DNA from: Candidatus Arthromitus sp. SFB-rat-Yit
Lineage (GTDB): Bacteria > Bacillota > Clostridia > Clostridiales > Clostridiaceae
NCBI RefSeq assembly: GCF_000283555.1
Contig: NC_016012.1
Span: 1,110,001-1,142,000 of the forward strand
DNA length: 32,000 nucleotides
Direction of reading: 5' to 3'
Position 1 is the first letter of the stretch, and every line of letters starts with the position of its first letter. The translations under genes were made by a program, and so were the position numbers. Below, one piece after another: positions 27,302 through 32,000 of the stretch. The notes beneath the pieces are model-generated. The model did not search any database, was not told the origin of the DNA, and was given only the letters and a program-made list of their open reading frames with translations.

Positions 27302-27996
27302 TAATCACCTACCCCAAATCCAGTATTATTAATCAGAATATCTAATCTATAATCTTCTTTATATTTTGGATAGATTTTTTCCATAAATTTCTCTATAACC
27401 TCTTTATCTGGAGTAATTGTTGAACTATTTTTACACATTATATTTACACAAATTCTTTCAAAATTTTCAAGACCCAATTCTATATCGTTCATCATACTAT
27501 TTATGGTTTGTCCACTTATACCAAAAAGAAAATTTGCTTCATCAAAATATTCTGATATGATTTTAGGATCCTTATCATGTATTCCCTTATTAAAAATATT
27601 TTCCCTAAAATCATAATCAAACGTTTCGAGTCCAAGTTTCATTTTTAAATTAAATTCAGAAAACTCTTCCTTGAGTTTTGGAATTCTTTTTCTATAAATA
27701 TAATGGCTTTCAAAATGAATAGTTGAAATTCCTTTTTCATTACACACGCTCTTAATAAGATCTATCGTTTTTTTATCAAGTTCAAATACTGATCCAGAAT
27801 TAATAACTTCCAATGCATCATACTCTCCAGTAACATTATCAATTACTGACTTATTTAATAAAAAATTTTCGTGAAAATCATTAGACATATCCAAATAATA
27901 ATCACAAAATGTGCATTTCTTATAAATACAACCTGATCCTCGAAGAAGAACTATTTCCCTCTTATTCTTTTCACTAATAACACTATATCTTTTCAT
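27301..27996 (-). CDS. Small radical-SAM-like protein (231 aa) with a CX4CX2C cluster motif; candidate queuosine/queuine salvage enzyme by context
   Basis: LLRGSGCIYKKCTFCDY near the N-terminus resembles the radical-SAM Fe-S loop, but the spacing is C-4-C-2-C. It is translationally coupled to yhhQ and sits behind a preQ1-I-like leader. Confidence 0.65.
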   Translation of the reverse strand: MKRYSVISEKNKREIVLLRGSGCIYKKCTFCDYYLDMSNDFHENFLLNKSVIDNVTGEYDALEVINSGSVFELDKKTIDLIKSVCNEKGISTIHFESHYIYRKRIPKLKEEFSEFNLKMKLGLETFDYDFRENIFNKGIHDKDPKIISEYFDEANFLFGISGQTINSMMNDIELGLENFERICVNIMCKNSSTITPDKEVIEKFMEKIYPKYKEDYRLDILINNTGFGVGD

Positions 27997-28019
27997 ATTT
28001 TTACTGTAAAGGACAACAC
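27993..28019 (-). other. Possible 8-codon leader ORF (GTG TTG TCC TTT ACA GTA AAA ATA TGA) coupled to the radical-SAM start
   Basis: The only strong SD in the leader (AGGAGGG, 28028-28034) lies 8 nt upstream of this GTG and 31 nt upstream of the annotated ATG. The mini-ORF stop overlaps that ATG (ATGA). Hypothetical. Confidence 0.3.
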
Positions 28020-28049
28020 CCTTTACTCCCTCCTAGTTTTGATTTAGAT

Positions 28050-28088
28050 AAAACTTTTTATCCGAGCAGGATAGTTTCGAACTGCTCT
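28050..28088 (-). promoter_or_regulatory. Candidate preQ1-I riboswitch aptamer (H-type pseudoknot)
   Basis: The minus strand reads A-GAGCAG-UUC-GAAAC-UAUC-CUGCUC-GGAUAAAAA-GUUUU. P1 is 6 bp (28082-28087 with 28064-28069). A U follows the P1 5' arm and a C precedes the 3' arm. The tail is A-rich. The 3' GUUUU (28050-28054) is complementary to loop GAAAC (28074-28078), forming P2. The downstream genes are classic preQ1-regulated types. Confidence 0.6.
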
Positions 28089-28111
28089 TTTGAAAATATA
28101 TACAAATTAAT

Positions 28112-29068
28112 TTATTTTTCTTTATTAGTATAGAAAATTAAATCGTTAAAATCAACATCATATGATTTAAATATATTTCTTAATATAAATAACTTTTTCT
28201 CTGTACTTGTACATGAATTTACATATATCCCATCATAGATCTCAACACTATTAATAAAGTCAGATTTATTAAAACTAAAATAAGATTCCATACCATAATT
28301 TGAAGATGTTGCAAATTTTGTTATAACACTCCTATCCTCAATATAAAGTATTTGCAATACTTTTTGAAACATTTCTATCCATGATGTTACTGTATACTCT
28401 GCATTCCTAAAACTGAAACACTTAATTTTCTTTCCACTAAAATCAATATCTTCATCAATAAGCGAATAAACATCTGCTTGCTTCTTCTCAGGTTCAAATC
28501 CACTTGATGGTAACATCCATATTTTAATAGCTTGGTTAATAAGATATTTACTACGCTCTTCAATTTCTGCACTTGTCCACTTTTCATTTTTTGCAATATA
28601 ATTATTCATACGAATACCACTATCTTCAAAACCATTTTCCATAGTTTTCTTTTCTTTAAAAGTCTTATTACTATATCTTGAATTATAAGCAGTTAATGTA
28701 AGATTCCCAATTCTATGTAACCACGTTTCATGAATTTCTCTATAATTATCTCCTAAATCTTTTATCCATGCTGGTGTCAACTCTTTAGGCATAATATGTT
28801 CAATTGAATAAATTCCCTTATCATATTTTTCATATACATCCTTACATTCTTTTGTTTTATAATTTTCAAAACGCTCTAAAATATAGATTTTATTTTTAGA
28901 AGTCATATTATAAACTTGTTTTTCCATAAATTTTTTCCTAAATTCTCGATTACTTGGAAAAGATGCCCTTCCATTTTTAGATAAAAGTACATATTTAAAC
29001 TTCTCGAGATAATTTTTACAAGAACTATCATTATATCTCATAATTTCACGATGAAGATTTGAAAACAT
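28112..29068 (-). CDS. C-terminal portion of a GmrSD-type type IV restriction enzyme (DUF1524 His-Me finger nuclease domain); likely fragment of a frameshifted gene
   Basis: EHIMPKELTPAW...HRIGNLTLTAYNSRYSNKTFKEKK is the DUF1524 motif set. The ORF begins 5 nt after the DUF262 ORF stop, in the -1 frame. Confidence 0.75.
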   Translation of the reverse strand: MFSNLHREIMRYNDSSCKNYLEKFKYVLLSKNGRASFPSNREFRKKFMEKQVYNMTSKNKIYILERFENYKTKECKDVYEKYDKGIYSIEHIMPKELTPAWIKDLGDNYREIHETWLHRIGNLTLTAYNSRYSNKTFKEKKTMENGFEDSGIRMNNYIAKNEKWTSAEIEERSKYLINQAIKIWMLPSSGFEPEKKQADVYSLIDEDIDFSGKKIKCFSFRNAEYTVTSWIEMFQKVLQILYIEDRSVITKFATSSNYGMESYFSFNKSDFINSVEIYDGIYVNSCTSTEKKLFILRNIFKSYDVDFNDLIFYTNKEK

Positions 29069-29073
29069 TCCAT

Positions 29074-30186
29074 TTAAATATTAGTTTGCATATCACAAAT
29101 TATCCTTCTAAATAAGTAACTCTCAGTAATCAAAAATATATCTGTTACTTGAGAAATACTTAATTCTCCCTCATCATATAAACGCAATACTTCAAGAAAA
29201 AACGGTCTAGTAACACTCTTCTCCAATCTATTCAACCTATCAATGCAATTATATAAACTATCATTTTTATTAGCTCCATTTAAAAGTACACCATATCTCT
29301 TTGCATAGTCTAATAAATCTTTAAATAAATCCTCAACAGTCAAAGATAAATCTTCAACATATTGTTTAAAATTAGTATAAATTTTTTTACTACTACACAC
29401 TTCCCCATTTTTAATAGTAAGATAATCTCTTAAAAACGAGGTTACATCGTAGTTTGTAAATTTTTCTATTCTATTCCAATATTTTGTATAATAGTTCTCT
29501 TGTAAATCTACAGGTAATCCCATAAGAATAAAATTTCTTATCTTATCTCCTTCGCTTAAAGCAAGTCCAGTTGAATTAAGACTCTCAAAGATAAGTTGTG
29601 GATTATCTTCTCCACTTAGAGTAATATTAATTATTTCAAGTCTACATATAGCCTCATATAATTCATCAATTGTGATTTCATTTTTCTGAATTCTATTATA
29701 AAAATATTGATAATTTATAGTTAAATTAGATTCTCTAACATACTCATCTACATCACCATCAAAAAGTTTTTCAAATGCTACACGATCATCTTTAACAGGT
29801 CTTAACTTTATACGTTCAACACCTGTTTGATATTTATCAACAAGAAATTCTTCATAAATTTGAATGCCTAAAGAATCATCCATAGGTTTAATAATTCCTT
29901 TAGAAATCAAATTATACATAGCTAAAAAAAGTAATGAAATAGTAGTCACCCTCTGTTGACCATCTATTATAACATATTCTGTATTTCGTCCAGATCCTTC
30001 ATGAACAGATACAATACTCCCAAAAAAGTGACTCCTTCTTTTACCTATTACAATTTTTATAAGATCATCAAAAAGCTGTTCACAGTTCTTTTCTTTCCAA
30101 TCATAATTACGTTGATAAACTGGAATAACAAATCGTGTTTTAGAACCTTCTATATATTTTATTAAACTATCTTCTTGTCCCTTCAT
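29074..30186 (-). CDS. N-terminal portion of a GmrSD-type type IV restriction enzyme (DUF262 / ParB-like NTPase domain); likely fragment of a frameshifted gene
   Basis: The motifs PVYQRNYDW, IIDGQQRVTT and IFESLNSTGLALSEGDKIRNF are the DUF262 set. The track TTG start at 30198 contains the SD, so the start is trimmed to the ATG at 30186 (MKGQEDS), 5 nt after GGAGG. Confidence 0.78.
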   Translation of the reverse strand: MKGQEDSLIKYIEGSKTRFVIPVYQRNYDWKEKNCEQLFDDLIKIVIGKRRSHFFGSIVSVHEGSGRNTEYVIIDGQQRVTTISLLFLAMYNLISKGIIKPMDDSLGIQIYEEFLVDKYQTGVERIKLRPVKDDRVAFEKLFDGDVDEYVRESNLTINYQYFYNRIQKNEITIDELYEAICRLEIINITLSGEDNPQLIFESLNSTGLALSEGDKIRNFILMGLPVDLQENYYTKYWNRIEKFTNYDVTSFLRDYLTIKNGEVCSSKKIYTNFKQYVEDLSLTVEDLFKDLLDYAKRYGVLLNGANKNDSLYNCIDRLNRLEKSVTRPFFLEVLRLYDEGELSISQVTDIFLITESYLFRRIICDMQTNI

Positions 30187-30241
30187 TACTTCCTCCAAAA
30201 ATTACAATATAATTAGCTACGACTTTGCTTTTAAAAAACTA

Positions 30242-30595
30242 TTAGTGAATTATTCCATCTTCCATAGTGTATCCTTCTAAAGAATTTTCTTTAACTTGGA
30301 TACAAACAAATGTCATTGCTTCATTTTCTGATGCAAAAAATTGGCGTTGTCCTTTTGGAGAAATACGAATCCAATCTCCAGCTAAGAGATCTATATTTTC
30401 TCCATCTATGATTGCCTTTCCTTTACCAGATAAAATTGCGACAATTTCCTCATTTTGTTTATGTGAATGTATAAATGGAACTCCTGCACCTGCTGGAAGA
30501 GTGTTTACACTAACTTCTGCCCCTGTTAAAGAAAGCGTATTATGTAATTCTGTTCTATTTCCTTCTTTAACATGTGTTTTAGTATAATTTTTCAT
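30242..30595 (-). CDS. Cupin-domain protein (cupin_2 type)
   Basis: GVPFIHSHKQNEEIVAILSGKG...GDWIRISPKGQRQF gives the two-motif cupin pattern. AAAGGAGGA SD present. Confidence 0.8.
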   Translation of the reverse strand: MKNYTKTHVKEGNRTELHNTLSLTGAEVSVNTLPAGAGVPFIHSHKQNEEIVAILSGKGKAIIDGENIDLLAGDWIRISPKGQRQFFASENEAMTFVCIQVKENSLEGYTMEDGIIH

Positions 30596-30667
30596 ATCTT
30601 ATATCCTCCTTTAATTTAAAAATTTCACAGAAAAATTATATTATTCTCCAATTTTAATGTCAATTTA

Positions 30668-30706
30668 TTAAAAAAATAAGAACCTTGAGTTTAAACCCAA
30701 AGTTCT
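30668..30706 (-). terminator. Rho-independent terminator after the M28 peptidase gene
   Basis: The minus-strand RNA AGAACUUUGGGUUUAAACUCAAGGUUCU forms a long stem (with G-U pairs) spanning 30679-30706, followed by UAUUUUUUU. Confidence 0.7.
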
Positions 30707-30715
30707 AATTTTTAA

Positions 30716-31792
30716 TTAAACATTTAATGATTCTCTTTTAGGAATAGCATTTTTATCATTAAATCTCAAAAATCCAGCAATATTATCAACTAAACTATTA
30801 ATTCTTTGAAAATCTATTTTATCTATAGTATCAGTAAACCTGTGTATAGTTCCACTAGGATACGTATCCATAAAGAAAATAGCTTGAATCCCATTATACT
30901 CAAAAGATGCATGATCACTATTATAATCTCTTATTTTTGTATCCTTTTTAATTTTTTCATTTGTTGAGTCCATATATTCAAATATTAACTTTGATAATTC
31001 AGGAGATCTCTTATCACTGCTATAAACAATAAGAGGAGATCCACCTTTGAAACCCACACAATCAATATTTATATTATAAATAGATTCATACCTATCTTTT
31101 ATATCATTAACTAATGCTCTACTACCAACAAGTCCAAGCTCTTCATGGTTAACTCCTGCTATTATTATATCAGTTTCAAAAGGAGTTTCTTTAGACATTT
31201 CTTTAAGTTTATATGCAAGTCTTAAAAGAGTCGTAGTTCCAGAAGCATTATCTATTGCACCATAATAAATTTGATTTTTTTCACCAGTAGTACTTAATCC
31301 ATAACCAACATGATCAATATGTGCTGTTATAACAACTGCTTTTTTCCTCTCAGCATGATTCGTTCCTTTAATTAAACCAACAACATTTTGTTCCTCTTCA
31401 TTTGGACGAATAAAATGTGGAAAAAATTCCCCACTAAAATTATATTTATGGAGGTAAGTATCCTTAAATAAATAATCCAAACCTATATTAGTAAATTGCT
31501 CATTCAAATATTTTACAGTCTTATCATTTCCATCAGTATCATCTCCTCTACCCTTTAATTCATCTGAAGTAAGAGTTCTCATAATTTTTTCAGCATCATC
31601 TATAAGTTCAAGGTTTTGAATAGGTGTATTATCTGATTCATTAAATTCATTTTTAATTGGAATAATCTCAGACTTTAGAATTGAATTATTGTAAATTTCT
31701 TTAATATTATCCTTATTTCCAATACAAGAATTTAAGACAAACAAAATACAACACGCAGCTAAAATACACTTTATTTTTCTAAATTTTTTCAT
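30716..31792 (-). CDS. M28-family metallo-aminopeptidase, lipoprotein
   Basis: Lipobox VLNSC. M28 zinc-ligand blocks HIDHVGYG, GAIDNASG, NHEELGLVGS, DCVG and SDHASF. Confidence 0.85.
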   Translation of the reverse strand: MKKFRKIKCILAACCILFVLNSCIGNKDNIKEIYNNSILKSEIIPIKNEFNESDNTPIQNLELIDDAEKIMRTLTSDELKGRGDDTDGNDKTVKYLNEQFTNIGLDYLFKDTYLHKYNFSGEFFPHFIRPNEEEQNVVGLIKGTNHAERKKAVVITAHIDHVGYGLSTTGEKNQIYYGAIDNASGTTTLLRLAYKLKEMSKETPFETDIIIAGVNHEELGLVGSRALVNDIKDRYESIYNINIDCVGFKGGSPLIVYSSDKRSPELSKLIFEYMDSTNEKIKKDTKIRDYNSDHASFEYNGIQAIFFMDTYPSGTIHRFTDTIDKIDFQRINSLVDNIAGFLRFNDKNAIPKRESLNV

Positions 31793-31882
31793 ATAATAAC
31801 AATTCCTTAAATTTTATTTATTTAACATAATTAAAACACATATTTAAAATTTTTTCCAGATCATTTTATAACTATAAAATTT

Positions 31883-32000
31883 TCAATTATCATTAATAAA
31901 CTCCAACTCAAGTTTTCCCTCACTAACATTTAAAACTTTATATTTAGTATCTCTTGCTAATATTATTCCCTTATGATTTAACCAACCTGAATCTTTACCA
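31883..32000 (-). CDS. 3' end of a CDS continuing beyond the right edge (unknown product)
   Basis: This is the only frame open to the window edge. It translates ...GKDSGWLNHKGIILARDTKYKVLNVSEGKLELEFINDN* with stop TGA at 31883-31885. It is too short to classify. Confidence 0.35.
   Translation of the reverse strand, partial: GKDSGWLNHKGIILARDTKYKVLNVSEGKLELEFINDN

Noticed and set aside
28028-28062. Second tandem preQ1-I aptamer, or a preQ1-II motif using AAAUCAAAACUAGGAGG
   Set aside because: The A-rich CUAGG tail resembles a preQ1-I 3' end. However, no 5-bp P1 stem with an adequate loop precedes it: GAUAAAA/UUUUAUC leaves a 2-nt loop. It is better read as the expression platform of the single aptamer.
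29066-29082. Programmed -1 ribosomal frameshift joining the DUF262 and DUF1524 ORFs
   Set aside because: The U UUA AAU heptamer is in the wrong register relative to the upstream zero frame (ATT TAA). The P-site Ile tRNA would have to re-pair with UAU. No downstream stimulatory structure was seen. A simple 1-nt deletion explains the junction better.
30267-30587. 106-aa plus-strand ORF mirrored on the cupin gene
   Set aside because: The minus-strand frame has the cupin motifs and a strong AAAGGAGGA SD. The plus-strand frame has neither.
31885-31897. Fur-like half site AATTATCATTAAT upstream of the M28 peptidase, sharing TTATCATTAAT with the siderophore operator
   Set aside because: Only half of the palindrome is present, it directly abuts a stop codon, and an 11-mer of this composition is plausible by chance in such AT-rich DNA.

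Overview
AT-rich, densely coding chromosomal window. It looks like a low-GC Firmicute (strong AGGAGG Shine-Dalgarno sites, Cys-lipobox binding proteins); I cannot name the species. No rRNA, tRNA, CRISPR array or transposase was seen. Gene order, left to right: (1) the 3' part of an HExxH/EGxAEY metallopeptidase-like gene. (2) A minus-strand cinA-sbcD-sbcC unit. (3) An OmpR-type response regulator and histidine kinase, preceded by two tandemly duplicated secreted triple-PepSY genes. (4) A signal-peptide-less glycan pair: a GH94-like phosphorylase (about 1108 aa) and a GH144/PF10091-like (alpha/alpha)6 protein. (5) A single MsbA-like ABC exporter. (6) Two divergently transcribed iron-siderophore ABC uptake operons: a yclNOPQ/ceuBCDE-order operon on the minus strand, and an SBP-permease-permease-ATPase operon on the plus strand ending in an overlapping MFS gene. 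They share a 161-bp control region with Fur-box-like palindromes. (7) A queuosine-precursor salvage operon: a small radical-SAM gene and yhhQ behind a leader that folds like a preQ1-I pseudoknot. (8) A GmrSD-type (DUF262 + DUF1524) type IV restriction gene split by what looks like a 1-nt deletion. (9) A cupin, an M28 lipoprotein aminopeptidase and a short 3' gene fragment at the right edge. The most unusual items are the queuosine leader and operon (candidate riboswitch, SD 31 nt from the ATG, CX4CX2C radical-SAM), the frameshifted defence gene, the PepSY duplication that carries a relic of the neighbouring gene's end, and the orphan cytoplasmic beta-1,2-glucan-type module. I found no convincing wholly novel multi-gene system. 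All family assignments come from motifs read by eye, not from searches. Several ORF-track starts look over-extended and were trimmed to starts with a proper SD.
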